NCBI RefSeq assembly: GCF_963921235.1
Contig: NC_086097.1
Coordinates: forward strand, 44,518,001 to 44,582,000
Reading direction: 5' to 3'
Origin: Mobula hypostoma
Taxonomy: Eukaryota
DNA: 64,000 nucleotides
In this document: positions 11,575 to 24,598 of the stretch, one piece after another
Layout: every line of letters starts with the position of its first letter
Position numbering within the stretch: position 1 is the stretch's first letter
The notes under the pieces: generated by a model
Told to the model about the DNA's origin: nothing
Database searches by the model: none
The model's input: only the letters and a program-made list of their open reading frames with translations
Position numbers and translations under genes: made by a program

Positions 11575-12885
11575 CAGCAATCCAGTAAGGATACAGGCCC
11601 TTCAGTCCGTGCTGACCATGGTGTCCTACCAGCTAGTCACAAGTTCCTGTTTGGCCCATGATCACCTAAGCCCCAACGCAGGAAGTACCTGTCCAGGTGT
11701 TTCTTAAATGACACTATTGTACCTGCCTCAATGACTTCATCTGATAGCTCATTCCATACGCTCACCATCCTCTGTGTGAAAATGTTGCTCCTTAAGATCC
11801 TTTCAAAATCTTCCCACTCTCACCTTTAATCTGTGCCCCTAGTTTTGAACGCCCCTGCTCTGGCGAAAGACTGCTACTTCATGACTTTATAAAACTCTAC
11901 AAGGTCACACTTTATTCTCCAATGTTCCAAGGAATAAAGGCCCACCCTAGTCCACCTTCTTCTTATAACTCAGGCCCTCTGGCCCTGGCAGCACCCTTGT
12001 AACCTCTTCTGCATTCTTTCCAGTTTAACCACATTTTTCCCTATAGCAGGGTGACCTAAGCCATACAGAGTACCTCAAGTGCAGCCTCACCAATGATTAT
12101 GCGACTGCAACAACAAACGTCATGTTACATGTAAATGAGAATAAATGCCGTGACTGACGGTCAGCATTCTAACCACCCCTTTTTCACCAACCTTCCTACC
12201 TGTCACACTGCTTTCAATGAATCATGCACATGTACTCCTAGATCCTTGTGTTTCTTTACATACCCTAGTTCCCTATCATTCATAGTACAAATTCTACACT
12301 GGCTTAACAAATTGCATCACCACATAATTATCTGTATTGAAATCCATTTCCTTCCTCTTCCCAAACTCATCAGATTCCCCTGTAATCCACGATGAATTTC
12401 TCCTAATTTCATGTTACTTACAAATCAACTGATCAAGCCTTGTGCATTCACATCCAAATCATTTATATAAATAACAAATAACAAAGGTCCCAGCTCTGAT
12501 AGTCATGAGCCTCCATTCTGAGAAACAATTTTCAATCACCACCTTCTCCTTCCTACCTTTAAGCCAATCTTGAATCCATTTGATTAGTGCTTCCTGGATT
12601 CCATAGGACTTAACCTTCCAGACCATTGTAATATGTGGGACCTTGTCAAAGTCCAGGTAGACACCATCCGCTACCCTACCTGCATCTACCTTTTTGGTTA
12701 CCTCTTCAAAAACTCTAACAGATTGGTCAACACACAAAGCCATGCTGACTCCTCCTAATCAGATTATGTCTATCCAAATGATGGTAGATCCTGCCCCTCA
12801 GAATTCCCTCCAGTAACTTCCCCACTACTGACGTCAAGCTGAACAGCCTCCCGTTCCCTGGCTTGTCCTTCCCTACCCTTCTCAA
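11575..12885 (-). mobile_element. Old CR1 LINE fragments
   Basis: Reverse peptide FEEVTKKVDAGR..VYLDFDKVPH..KWIQDWLKGRKEKVV, plus 3' remnants. Confidence 0.75.
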
Positions 12886-14263
12886 AGTGGCTAACAATGA
12901 TGTGGTAGCATCGTAATGTATTCAATTCACTTATTTTTACATACAACCTACAATGAATTATTTAAAGAATACTTAATCAAACAATATTTTTACAATATTA
13001 CAAAATATTAAATGCACAACCCTCCTCCCTGCCTTGCTACAAACTCCATCCTAATATAGAATGCATCTATATACATATAGATTATATGTATATAGATACA
13101 CATGGTATATTATATAGCACAACTACTATATAGACATTCCCAGAATACTAAATTTTAAATTGTCTCATTCAGCCTAAAGATTTAGTCGCTGTGGGGGATC
13201 TCTTACTCTTGTGGGATACCATCTTTCCAAATTAAGCGGGGGGAGGTGGAGATCACTCTGCTTGGCAGGTGAGACTTGTGGCTGTGAAACGATCTCTGAT
13301 TCTGGGGCCTCCTCTGTGATAGTTGTAGTAGTTGTCTCTGGGAGAGCAGGAAGTGGTTCTGACAGCTCTGGTCACCTTTCCTCTGGATGTGTTAGCATCC
13401 CAAACAATGCATGGCAAGTTTTACTGGATGATATGGATCATTATGTGTGAGTACAGTGTCTGACAGCACCATTTTCTTTACCTTTTGGAAAGCCGACTCA
13501 CACTGCTTTGTCCATTGCCATTTCTTTATGATCTGTAGTAGAGTTTAAGGGATGAAGCTCAGTAGCCAGGTTTGGCAGGAAACCATTATAGTACTTGACA
13601 AGTTCCAAAAAGAACCACAACTGTGACAAGCCTTTTGGTCTTGGAGCATCCACCACTACTTGAATTTTCTCAGCAAACTTAAGTAATCCTTGAAAGTTAA
13701 TGGTGTGACCACAGTAAGTGAATTTTGGTTTAAAGAATTCACACTTGTTGCATTGTTCTCTGAGCCCATACTCCTCTAAACTTTTTAACACTGAGATTTT
13801 GGAGATGTTCCTTGTCATCCTTACCAGTAACAATGATTTCATCCAGGCAGCACTTTGTCCATAGCTTTCTGCCAGAATACAGGTGAAGATGCTACTCAGA
13901 AAAAAGCAATAAAGCCCTTTGTGAGTGTTTATGCAGAGGGAAAAGTTTGGACTCTTCTTCCATTTTCTTCCTGCAAGTAGGCTGCAGCTAAGTCCACCTT
14001 ATCTTGGTCAGAGAGTTATTGATCTACTTTCAGTACTGTGTTGATGATGACCTTAAAAATCACTACAGATCCTGACAGACCCATTCTCCTTCGTTACTTG
14101 AACCACTGGCATAGCCCATGAGGGCCACTCAACCTTGAAATGAATTCCTTCAGCCTGCATGCGATTGCGCTCACTGGCTACTTGTGATGGTATAAGGAAC
14201 CAGATGGGCTTTGCAAAACTTGTGTGTGGCAGTTTCATTTAGCAATATTTTACCCTTGATATA

Positions 14264-16835
14264 CAGTGGCTGTAAGTTTTCATATTTCGTTGTTTTACAA
14301 CGTTGAATCGCAATGGATTTAATTTGACTTTTTTGACACTGATCAACAGAAAAGACACTTTCATGTTAAAGTGAAAACAAATTTCTATAAATCAGCATAC
14401 TGTAAATTTATTACAATTATTAAACACAATAATTGATGGCACTAATTACTCACCCCCTTCAAGTCAGTATTTAGTAGATGCACCTTTGGCAGCAATTACA
14501 GCCTGTGTCTGTGTCGATAGGTCTCTATCAGCTTTACACATCTGGACACTGCAATTTTTCAACATTTTTCTTTATAAAACTGCTCAAACTTTTTCAGATT
14601 GCATGGGGATTTTGAGTAAATAGCCCTTTTCAAGTCCAGTCACAAATTTTCAATGGGATTGAGGTCTGGACTCTGACTTGACCACTCCTGGATATTAATT
14701 TTGTTTTTAAGCCATTCCTGTGTAGCTCTGGCTTAATGCTTGGGATCATTGTCTTGCTGGAAAGCAAATCATCTTCCAAGTTGCAGTCCTCTTACAGACT
14801 GTATCAGGTTTTCTTCCAGGATTTCCCCGTAGTTTGCAGCATTCATCTTACCTATGACCTTCACAAGCCTTCCAGGGCCTGCTGCAGTGAACCACCATGC
14901 AGGCACACCACGCTTCACAGTAGGGATGGTGCGTTTTTGATGATAGGTGGTGTTTGGCATATGCCAAACATGGCACTTAGTCTGATGGCCAAAAAGTTCA
15001 AATTTATTTTCATTAGACCATAGATCCTTCTTCCAGCTGACTTCACAGTCTCGCACATGCCTTCTGGCAAACTCTAGCTAAGATTTCATGTGATTTTTTT
15101 TCCCCAACAGTAGCTTTCTCTTTGCCACTCTCCCATAAATCTGCGACTGGTGAAGCACCTGGGCAACAGTTGTTGTATGTGCAGTCTCTCCCATCTCAGC
15201 CACTGAAGCTTGTAACTCCTCCAGAGTTGTCATAGGTCTCTTGGTGGCCTCCCTCACTAGTCCCCTTATAGACAACAGACAATAGGTGCAGGAGTAGACC
15301 ATGCAGCCCTTCGAGCCAGCAACACCATTCACTGTGATCATGGCTGATCATCCACAATCAGTACCCTTTTTCTGCCTTCTCCCCATATGGCTTCACTCCG
15401 CTATCTTTAAGAGCTCTATCTAACTCTTTCTTGAAAGAATCCAGAGAATTGGCCTCCACTGCCTTCTGAGGCAGAGAATTTCACAGAACCACAACCCTCT
15501 GTGTGAAAAAGTTTTTCCTCAACTCCATTCTAAATTGTCTACCCCTTATTCTTAAACTGTGGCCTCTGGTTCTGGACTCCCCCAACATCGGGAACATGTT
15601 TCCTGCCTCTAGCGTGTCCAATCCTTTAATAATCTTACATGTTTCAATCAGATCCCCTCTCATCCTTCTAAATTCCAGTGTGTACAACCCCAGTCGCTCC
15701 AATCTTTTAACATATGACAGTCCCGCCATCCCGGGAATTAACTTTGTGAACCTATGCTGCACTCCCTCAATAGCTAGAACGTCCTTCCTCAAATTTGGAG
15801 ACCAAAACTGTACACAAAACTCCAGGTGTGATCTCACCAGGGCCCTGTACAACTGCAGAAGGACCACTGATGTCAGACTAACTGGTCTATAATTGCCTGT
15901 TTTCTCTCTCCCTCCTTTCTTAAAAAGTGGGATAACATTAGCTACCCTCCAACCCGCAGGAACTGATCCTGAATCTATAGAACATTGGAAAATGATTACC
16001 AATGCATCCACGATTTCTAGAGCCACCTCCCTAAGTACCCTGGGATGCAGACCATCAGGCCCTGGGGATTTATCAGCCTTCAGTCTCATCAGTTTACCCA
16101 ACACCATTTTCTGCTTGATGTGAATTTCCTTCAGTTCCACTGTTACCCTAGGTCCTCTGTCCACTATTACATCTGGGAGATTGTTGGTGTCTTCCCTAGT
16201 GAAGATCTGGATGGTCTTGGACCATCCAAGATCCCTTCTTGGATGGTCTCTCAGTTTTTGAGGACTGCCTGCTCTAGGCAGATTTACAGCAGTGCTATAT
16301 TCTTTCCATGTCTTGATGATTGACAAACTGTACTCCAAGGGATACTCAGTGGCTTGGAAATTTTCTTGTATCCATCTCCTGACTTGTGTTTTTCTATAAC
16401 ATTTTTGCAGAGTTGGTTCGAGTGTTCTTTTGCCTTTCATAGTGTAATTTTTGCCAGGATACTGATTCACCAACAGTTGGGTTCCAGATACAAATATATT
16501 TTTACTACAATCAACTGAAACACCTTGACCACACACAGATGATCTCCATTTAACTAATTATGTGACTTCTAAAACCAATTGGCTGCACCAGTGATGATTT
16601 GGTGTGTCATATTAAAGTGGGGGGGGTGAATTCTTAAGCAATCAATTACTTTGTGTTTTATATTTGTAACTAATTTAGATCACTTTGTAGAGATGTTTTC
16701 TCACTTTGACTCTATAGAGTCTTTTTCAGTTGATCAGTGTCAAAAAAGGCCAAATTAAATCCATTGTGATTCAATGTTGTAAAACAATAAAACATAAAAA
16801 CTTCTGGGAGGGGGGAGTATTTTTTATAGGCACTG
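14264..16835 (-). mobile_element. Tc1-family DNA transposon (IR/DR-type TIRs), decayed, inserted in Gypsy pol
   Basis: TA|CAGTG...CACTG|TA ends with ~200-bp imperfect TIRs (14264-14460, 16620-16835). Transposase remnants: WKKDLWSNENKFELFG, GPGRLVKVIGKMNAANY.EILEENL, LVREATKRPMTTLEELQ, NLPRAGSPQKL. Removing it restores the Gypsy frame GKLKYIKGKILLNE. Confidence 0.9.
15268..16205 (-). mobile_element. CR1 fragment with internal deletion, nested in Tc1 transposase
   Basis: KSPGPDGLHPRVL..NYRPVSLTSVV is joined directly to LLQLYRALVRSHLEFC, so the RT core is deleted. The 3'UTR lies at 15268-15360. Confidence 0.9.
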
Positions 16836-17631
16836 TATTTGAGTTTTCCAGCTAAATCCCTGAACACTGCTGTGGCATCATCCAGTACCTTTCTTAATTT
16901 CCTTTCAGTTGACTCTATTGCAGGGCATGTGGCATGCAAGCTGTGGGTGGATCTCCAATCAAGTTGTGGTTGTCTCAGCTAATCACATCCCCACAATGCT
17001 GGCCCTCCTGCTTTTGCCACATACAAGCCCAATGTGGCTTGTGGGCAGATTTATTTCAATGTTACGAATGTCATTCCCACGGGAGTTATCTTTTCTCCAG
17101 GACTGTATAAGTTCTTAGGTGGATATTTGTAGGCTTCAGTTCAGTATCTTTGAAATGCTATTTAAGCTAATTTTTTTGAATGACTGAAACAGCTGAGCTA
17201 CTGCCCAATGCCATTTTAAGTAATTTATCGTTCACTTCTGGTGTAAGCCATATTGCTCGTCTATTGTTAATTTCAAGGACCTCCAGTCCTGTATCACTCT
17301 CATCATTATCAGATTTTTCATCAGTAGCCTGCAGATTTGTGTTCTTTTTGAAACTGCAACTTGACTTTTTATCTTTTTCTCTTCGCTATGCAGACCATTT
17401 ATTTTTGTTTGCCTGACATGTAGGTGAATTTCTTTGTTACATTTTCTGCAAGTTTCACCATTACACCAGCATTGATCTGGGTTATGTGAGCCCCTGCCAC
17501 AACAGTAACATAATTTGTTTGGCCAGTCCAGTTTCTGTTTAGATGTTGCAGTTTTGTTCACACTCACTTTCATTCCTAACTATATCTCTGTCTACGGTTT
17601 CCATTGATACAGCAATTTCAACTGCTCTTTT

Positions 17632-19237
17632 AAAGGTAAATTGAAGGGATTGAAGGCAGATAAATCCCCAGGGCCAGATGGTCTGCATCCCAGAGTGCTT
17701 AAGGAAGTAGCCCAAGAAATAGTGGATGCATTAGTGATAATTTTTCAAAACTCGTTAGATTCTGGACTAGTTCCTGAGGATTGGAGGGTGGCTAATGTAA
17801 CCCCACTTTTTAAAAAAGGAGGGAGAGAGAAACCGGGGAATTATAGGCCGGTTAGCCTAACGTCGGTGGTGGGGAAACTGCTGGAGTCAGTTATCAAGGA
17901 TGTGATAACAGCACATTTGGAAAGCGGTGAAATGACTGGACAAAGTCAGCATGGATTTGTGAAAGGAAAATCATGTCTGACGAATCTCATAGAATTTTTT
18001 GAGGATGTAACTAGTAGAGTGGATAGGGGAGAACCAGTGGATGTGGTATATTTGGATTTTCAAAAGGCTTTTGACAAGGTCCCACACAGGAGATTAGTGT
18101 GCAAACTTAAAGCACACGGTATTGGGGGTAAGGTATTGGTGTGGGTGGAGAATTGGTTAGCAGACAGGAAGCAAAGAGTGGGAATAAACGGGACCTTTTC
18201 AGAATGGCAGGCGGTGACTAGTGGGGTACCGCAAGGCTCAGTGCTGGGACCCCAGTTGTTTACAATATATATTAATGACTTGGATGAGGGAATTAAATGC
18301 AGCATCTCCAAGTTTGCGGATGACACGAAGCTGGGTGGCAGTGTTAGCAGTGAGGAGGATGCTAAGAGGATGCAGGGTGACTTGGATAGGTTGGGTGAGT
18401 GGGCAAACTCATGGCAGATGCAATTTAATGTGGATAAATGTGAAGTTATCCACTTTGGTGGCAAAAATAGGAAAACAGATTATTATCTGAATGGTGGCCG
18501 ATTAGGAAAAGGGGAGGTGCAACGAGACCTGGGTGTCATTATACACCAGTCATTGAAAGTGGGCATGCAGGTACAGCAGGCGGTGAAAAAGGCAAATGGT
18601 ATGCTGGCATTTATAGCGAGAGGATTCGAGTACAGGAGCAGGGAGGTACTACTGCAGTTGTACAAGGCCTTGGTGAGACCACACCTGGAGTATTGTGTGC
18701 AGTTTTGGTCCCCTAATCTGAGGAAAGACATCTTTGCCATAGAGGGAGTACAAAGAAGGTTCACCAGATTGATTCCTGGGATGGCAGGTCTTTCATATGA
18801 AGAAAGACTGGATGAACTGGGCTTGTACTCGTTGGAATTTAGAAGATTGAGGGGGGATCTGATTGAAACGTATAAGATCCTAAAGGGATTGGACAGGCTA
18901 GATGCGGGAAGATTGTTCCCGATGTTGGGGAGGTCCAGAACGAGGGGTCACAGTTTGAGGATAGAGAGGAAGCCTTTTAGGACCGAGATTAGGAAAAACT
19001 TCTTCACACAGAGAGTGGTGAATCTGTGGAATTCTCTGCCACAGCAAACTGTTGAGGCCAGTTCATTAGCTATGTTTAAAAGGAAGTTAGATATGGCCCT
19101 TGTGGCTACAGGGGTCAGGGGGTATGGAGGGAAGGCTGGGTTCTGAGTTGGATGATCAGCCATGATCATAATAAATGGCGGTGCAGGCTCGAAGGGCCGA
19201 ATGGCCTACTCCTGCACCTATTTTCTATGTTTCTATG
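17632..19237 (+). mobile_element. Young 5'-truncated CR1 LINE with intact RT reading frame, inserted in Gypsy gag
   Basis: 501-codon open frame 17641-19146 (NYRPVSLTS, QHGF, DFQKAFDKVPH, GVPQGSVLGP, FADDTK) and a TTTCTATG tail. Gag sequence LTEAQL|FKRAVEIAVSMET continues across the insertion. Confidence 0.95.
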
Positions 19238-20263
19238 TAAGTTGTGCTTCAGTTAGGAGCTGGTTTTGAATGCTTTCTTGTAATATTTCACAAACTAAGC
19301 AATCACTCAGTGCATCATTAAGCCCATTACTGAACTAACAATCCTCAGACAACTTCTTCAAATCAGCCATGTACGCTGAAATGGGCTTCCTTTCCTTTTG
19401 ATTTGGCTTATGAAACTAATGCGTTCTGCAATCAAGAATGGTTTTGGTTCTAAATGTTCCTGCATTACGTTCACGATATCAGAAAAGCTCATTTTGGTTG
19501 GTTGAGTTGAATCAATCAAATTTCTAAGCAAACTGTATGCCTTTGAAACCCTATGCAGCTGCTTCTCAATGGCTATTTCATTTGGTTTAAAATACTGCTC
19601 AATTCCATCAATATACAATATCCAGTTATCCATTGTGCAATTGAACACATCAATCTTTCTGATGTAGCCAGCCATTTCTGCTTTTTTTTTACATTTTGCT
19701 TATTCTTACCCTGTACTTATTATCTTCACTGAATCTGTGAGTTTGTCTGTTTCATGCCCATTTTTTTAAACTTGACCGACTTTCTCCCCCTGTGAAAAAA
19801 ATTTGCTGCGTTGCTTTTTCTACTCAACCATTTCTCACTACGCTACTTATTTTTACTCAACCATTCCTCTCTATTCTTCCATGAGTAGGTAGTTGTCTCA
19901 GGGTTTGTTTAAATCTTCCTTGTCACCACTGTTATGCTATGGAACTCCGAAACACAAAACCAATTGAAAGAAAAAAAGTGTGTCCAGAATGAGAGTCTAA
20001 CTTCATTTTAACTTCAAGCAAAATGCACACTTATGATGTGGATGCATCATGATGTATACAATTCACTTATTTTTACATAGAACCCATAATGAATTATTTA
20101 AACAAAGAATGCTTAATGAAACAATATATTTACAATATTACAGAAATATTAAATACACAAGATGAATGTCCTCCAAAGCATCTGGACTTATTTCCTTTAC
20201 CTCCTGAGCAATCATGATTTTCTTCTCAGGAAACACAGAGGTGGCCCTGCTGATCTCTGTGGA

Positions 20264-21388
20264 GACATGAGGAAATTTACAGGTGCTGGAAATTCAAGCA
20301 ACACACACAAAATGCTGGTGGAATGCAGCAGGCCAGGCAGCATCTATAGAAAGAAGTACAGTGGACATTTTGGGCCAATACCCTTCGTCAGGACTAACTG
20401 AAAGAAGAGATAGTAAGAGATTTGAAAGTGGGAGGGGGAGGGGGAGGGGGAGATCCAAAATGATAGGAGAAGACAGGAGGGGGAGGGATGGAGCCAAGAG
20501 CTGGAAAGTTGATTGGCAAAAGGGATACAAGGCTGGAGAAGGGAGAGGATCATGGGACGGGAGGCCTAGGGAGAAAGAAAGCGGGAGGGGAGCACCAGAG
20601 GAAGATGGAGAGCAGGCAAGGAGTTATTGTGAGAGGAACAGAGGGAGAAAAAAAGGAAAAAATAATAAATAAATAAGGGATGGGGTAAGAAGGGAGGAGG
20701 GCATTAACAAAGATAGAGAAGTCAATGTTCATGCCATCAGGTTGGAGGCTACCCAGACAGAATATAAGGTGTTGTTCCTCCAACCTGAGTGTGGCTTCAT
20801 CTTTACAGTAGAGGAGGCCATGGATAGACATGTCAGAATGGGAATGGGACATGGAATTAAAATGTGTGGCCACTGGGAGATCCTGCTTTCTCTGGTGGAC
20901 AGAGTGTATGTGTTCAGCAAAACGATCTCCCAGTCTGCGTCGGGTCTCGCCAATATATAGAAGGCCACATCGGGAGCACCGGACACAGTATATTACACCA
21001 GCCAACTCACAGGTGAAGTGTCGCCTCACCTGAAAGGACTGTCTGGGGCCCTGAATGGTGGTGAGGGAGGAAGTGTAAGGGCATGTGTAGCACCTGTTCC
21101 GCTTACAAGGATAAGTGCCAGGAGGGAGATTGGTGGGAAGGAATGGGGGGGACAAATGGACAAGGGGGTCGCACAGGGAGCGATCCCTGTGGAAAGCAGG
21201 AGGCGGGGGGAAGATGTGCTTGGTGATGGGATTCTGTTGGAGGTGGCGGAAGTTACAGAGAATTATATGTTGGGCAAAATATATGTGTTGGACAAAACAT
21301 TATATGTTGGCCTGAAACGTTGACTGTACTTCTTCCTATAGATGCTGCCTGGCCTGCTGCGTTCCACCAGCACTTTGTGTGTATTGCT
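20264..21388 (-). mobile_element. Penelope-like element with GIY-YIG endonuclease and inverted terminal segment, 13-bp TSD
   Basis: ORF 20550-21155 reads VIYCVRCSRCGLLYIGETRRRLGDRFAEH..LRLEEQHLI..GMN. TSD TGATCTCTGTGGA lies at 20251-20263 and 21389-21401. An inverted terminal-repeat piece sits at ~21308-21388. Confidence 0.9.
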
Positions 21389-21434
21389 TGATCTCTGTGG
21401 ATTCCTACTTTCTCCATACCCACACTTAGAACGT

Positions 21435-21650
21435 CAAACACAAGAAAATTTGCAGATGCTGGAAATCCAAGCAACACACACAAAACGCTGGAGGAACTCA
21501 GCAGGCCAGGCAGCATCTCTGGGAAAGAGTACAGTCGACGTTCTGGACCAAGACCCTTCATCAGCAATACTGTTTACTCATCGACTGTTTACTCTTTTCC
21601 ACAGATGCTGTCTGATCAGCTGAGTTCCTCTAGCAGTTTGTGTGTGTTCC
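21435..21650. repeat. Short palindromic PLE terminal-repeat derivative
   Basis: Two terminal-repeat halves in inverted orientation with a degenerate hammerhead core (reverse CTGATGAAGGGTCTTGGTCCAGAACGTC). Confidence 0.7.
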
Positions 21651-21689
21651 TTAGCTATAGAACCTCTCGGATTTTCCTTCACCTTACTC

Positions 21690-22655
21690 ACAAAACACAA
21701 AAAATGTTGGAGGAACTCAGATGGTCAGGCGGCATCTATGAAAATGTATACACAGTTGATGTTTTGGGCTGAGACCCTTCAGGACTAGAAAAGAAGGGGG
21801 AATAAAAAGGTGGGGTTGGGGAAAGAGGACTAACTAGAAGGTAATATATGAAGCCAGGTAGGTGGGAAAGGTAAAGGACTGGAGAAAAAGGAAAACAAGG
21901 AATCTGATAGAAGAGGAGAGCGGACCGTAGGAGAAGGGGTACCAGGGGGTGGTGATAGGTAGGAGAGGAGAAGAGGTAAGAAGCCAGAGTAGGGAATTGA
22001 AGAAGAGGGAAGGGGAGGGTAAAAGTTTGCCGGAAGGAGAAATCAATGTTCATGCCATCAGGTTGGAGGCTACCTACAGTAGATAAAATATGTGGTGTTG
22101 CTCCTTCACCCTGGAAGTAGCCTCATCTTGGCAAACGAGGAGGCCATGGACTGACATGTCAGAACGGGAAAGGGGATAGGAATTAAAATGGTTGTCCACT
22201 GGGATATTCCACTTTTGGCGGATGGAGTGGAGGTGATCAGCAAAGCAGTCCCAGATACACTGGATGACCCCAACCTATTTGCAGGTGAAGTGTTGCCTTA
22301 CCTGGAAGGACTGTTTGAGACCCTGAATGGAGGTGAAGGAGGAGGTGTAGGGGCAGGTGTAGCACTTTGGCTGCTTGTAGGGATAAGTGCCAGGGGAGGA
22401 ATGAGAGGTGAGGGATGAATGGACAAGGGAATCACGGAGGAAGCAATCCCTGCAGAAAACGGAGAGTGGAAGGGAGGTAAAGATATGTTTGGTGGTAGGA
22501 TCCTGTTGAAGGTGACCAAAGTTGCGGAGAATAATGTGTGGCATATGGAGGATCATGGGGTGGTAGGTGTGGATAAGAGGAACTCTATCCCTGTTAAGGC
22601 GGTGGGAAGATGGGGTGAGTGTGGATCTCTGGGAAATGGAGGAGAGGCAGGTGAG
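21690..22655 (-). mobile_element. Older Penelope-like element fragment
   Basis: Reverse peptides HIILRNFGHLQQDPTTKHIF, PGTYPYKQPKCYTCPYT..QSFQVRQHFTC and MNIDFS. Confidence 0.8.
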
Positions 22656-22673
22656 TTGCTAAATCCTTCCCTA

Positions 22674-23620
22674 CACACACAAAATCCTGAAGGAACCCAG
22701 CAGGTCAGGCAGCATCTGTAGAGCCTAATAAACAGTTGATGTTTCAGGCTGAGACCCTTCAACAGAAGTGGAAAGAAAGGGGGAGGAAGCCAGAATAGGA
22801 AAGACTGGGGAGAGGAAGTAGTACAGGCTGGCAGACGATAGGTGAAGTCAGGTGAGGGGAAAAGTGGGTGGGTGGGAGATGGAGGAATGAAGTGAGAAGC
22901 TGGGAGGTGATAGGTGGAAAAGGCAAAGGGATGAAGAAGAAGGTCAGGATGAAGATCTGATAGGAGAGGAGAGTAGGCCATGGGAGAAAGGGAGGAGGGA
23001 GGTAGTGGGCAGTTGAATGGAAAAAGAGAGGAGGGAGAAATTACCGGAAGTTAGAGAATTTGATGTTCATACTGGCAGGTTCGATGTTCAAAGTAAATTT
23101 ATTATCAAAGTACACACACACACACAGATATATGTGTGCGTGTGTGTATATCACCATATACAACCCTGAGATTCATTTTCTAGTGAGCGTACACAGTAAA
23201 TCCAAGAAATGCAATAGAATTAATGAAAGATGACACCCAACAGGACAGACAAACAACCAATGTGCAAAAGACAACAAACTGCAAATACAAAAGTAAATAA
23301 ACAATAAATATCAAGAACATGAGAAGAAGAGTCCTTGAAAGTGAGTCCATAGGTTGTGGAAACAGTTTAGTGATGGGGTGAGTGAAGTTCAGTGAAGTTA
23401 TTCTATCTGGTTCAAGAGCCTGATGGTTGAGGGGTAATAACTGTTCCTAATCTGGTGGTGTGAGTCCTGAGGTTCCTGTACCTCCTTCCTGACGGCAGCA
23501 TGGTTAGGAGCCTTGATGATTGATGCTGCTTTCCGGTGACAGCACTCTGTCAGGTTGGAGGCTACCCATACAGAATAAGAGGTGTTGTTCCTCTAACCCG
23601 AGAGTGGCATCATCGCAGCT
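22674..23620 (-). mobile_element. PLE 3' fragment interrupted by a Rex1-like LINE 3' end (~23085-23550)
   Basis: Terminal repeat and purine tract, with the GIY-YIG C-terminus split. CAGGTT recurs at ~23076 and 23551 around an insert whose tail reads GTTCAAAGTAAATTTATTATCAAAGTAC. Confidence 0.7.
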
Positions 23621-24100
23621 GTAGAGACACCCTTTATTATGGCAGGAAATGAGCATGTTCAGCTCTTATATAAGGTGACTGCACATGTCTGTCCTACCTT
23701 AGAAGTATACTTCTCTGTGTAGTAGATTGGGTCAAACAGAGAATGGATTGGAAGTAATGTACGACTAAGTATCCGCACAGATGAAAGGACCTTTTGTGAA
23801 TTGATCTGCTCCATGTCTGCTTGCCGCATGATATACTCAGCTAACAAGCCATGGGACTAATAACCTGGACACACCTGCCACCTCTACAGATTAGTTCTTA
23901 GTTGTTTAGGCTGCTGAGGAGTAAGCAATTTCAGCTATTTTCTCAATTCTAATACTGCGACTGCAGGTTCTGGTATGTATGTTGCGTTGTTTTTGTATCG
24001 CGTGGCTGCTGAAGAAATGAGTGGGTGAATTTCGTTCTGGGTGGATCTGCTTTTGGGTTTGACGAACAGGTGGAAGCAATAAAGTAGGAAAAAGTGGATA

Positions 24101-24598
24101 GGCAAACACGAGGAAATCTGCAGATGCTGGAATTTCACACATAAAAGTTGCTGGTGAACGCAGCAGGCCAGGCAGCATCTCTAGGAAGAGTAGTCGACGT
24201 TTTGGGCCGAGACCCTTCGTCAGGACTAACTGAAGGAAGAGTTAGTAAGAGATTTGAAAGTTGGAGGGGGAGGGGGAGATCCAAAATGATAGGAGAAGAC
24301 AGGAGGGGGAGGGATGGAGCCAAGAGCTGGACAGGTGATTGGCAAAAGGGATATGAGAGGATCATGGGACAGGAGATCAATGGAGAAAGAAAAAGGGGAG
24401 GGGGGAAAACCCAGAGGATGGGCAAGGGGTATACTGAGAGGGACAGAGGGAGAAAAAGGAGAGAGCGAAAAAGAATGTGTGTTTATAAGTAAATAACAGA
24501 TGGGGTACAAGGGGGAGGTGGGGCCTTAGCGGAAGTTAGAGAAGTCGATGTTCATGCCGTCAGGTTGGAGGTTACCCAGACGGAATATAAGGTGTTGT
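24101..24598 (-). mobile_element. 5'-truncated PLE with 11-bp TSD
   Basis: TSD AAAAGTGGATA lies at 24090-24100 and 24599-24609. The terminal repeat has a hammerhead with GAAA mutated to AAAA (24191-24228). Confidence 0.85.

Larger units (their letters stand above)
12895..20160 (-). mobile_element. Decayed Ty3/Gypsy LTR retrotransposon, interrupted by Tc1 and CR1 insertions
   Basis: Homologous LTRs at ~12895-13020 (partial) and 19930-20160. PBS-like TGGTGACA at 19928-19921 and polypurine tract GGGAGGAGG at 13029-13021. Gag remnants (EQYF..NEI, HLEPKP..IAER, CCHC-type CYCCGRGSHNPDQC) and RT remnants (WAMPVV..KENGSVRICSDF, NKCEFFKP..YCGH, YYNGFLPNLAT). Confidence 0.85.

Noticed and set aside
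15481..16536. 351-aa ORF as a transposase-RT fusion gene
   Set aside because: Chance read-through across a Tc1/CR1 junction. The RT core is deleted and the Tc1 part is largely out of frame.
17641..19146. 501-aa ORF as a host or domesticated gene
   Set aside because: It is a 5'-truncated CR1 ORF2 starting at TTG, lacking the endonuclease, with a near-identical copy nearby.
23698..23840. Possible minus-strand coding exon (EYIMRQADMEQINSQKVLSSVRIL..YTSK|GTAGGA)
   Set aside because: The acceptor is weak, the peptide is unrecognised and no partner exons were found. It cannot be supported without RNA or homology data.
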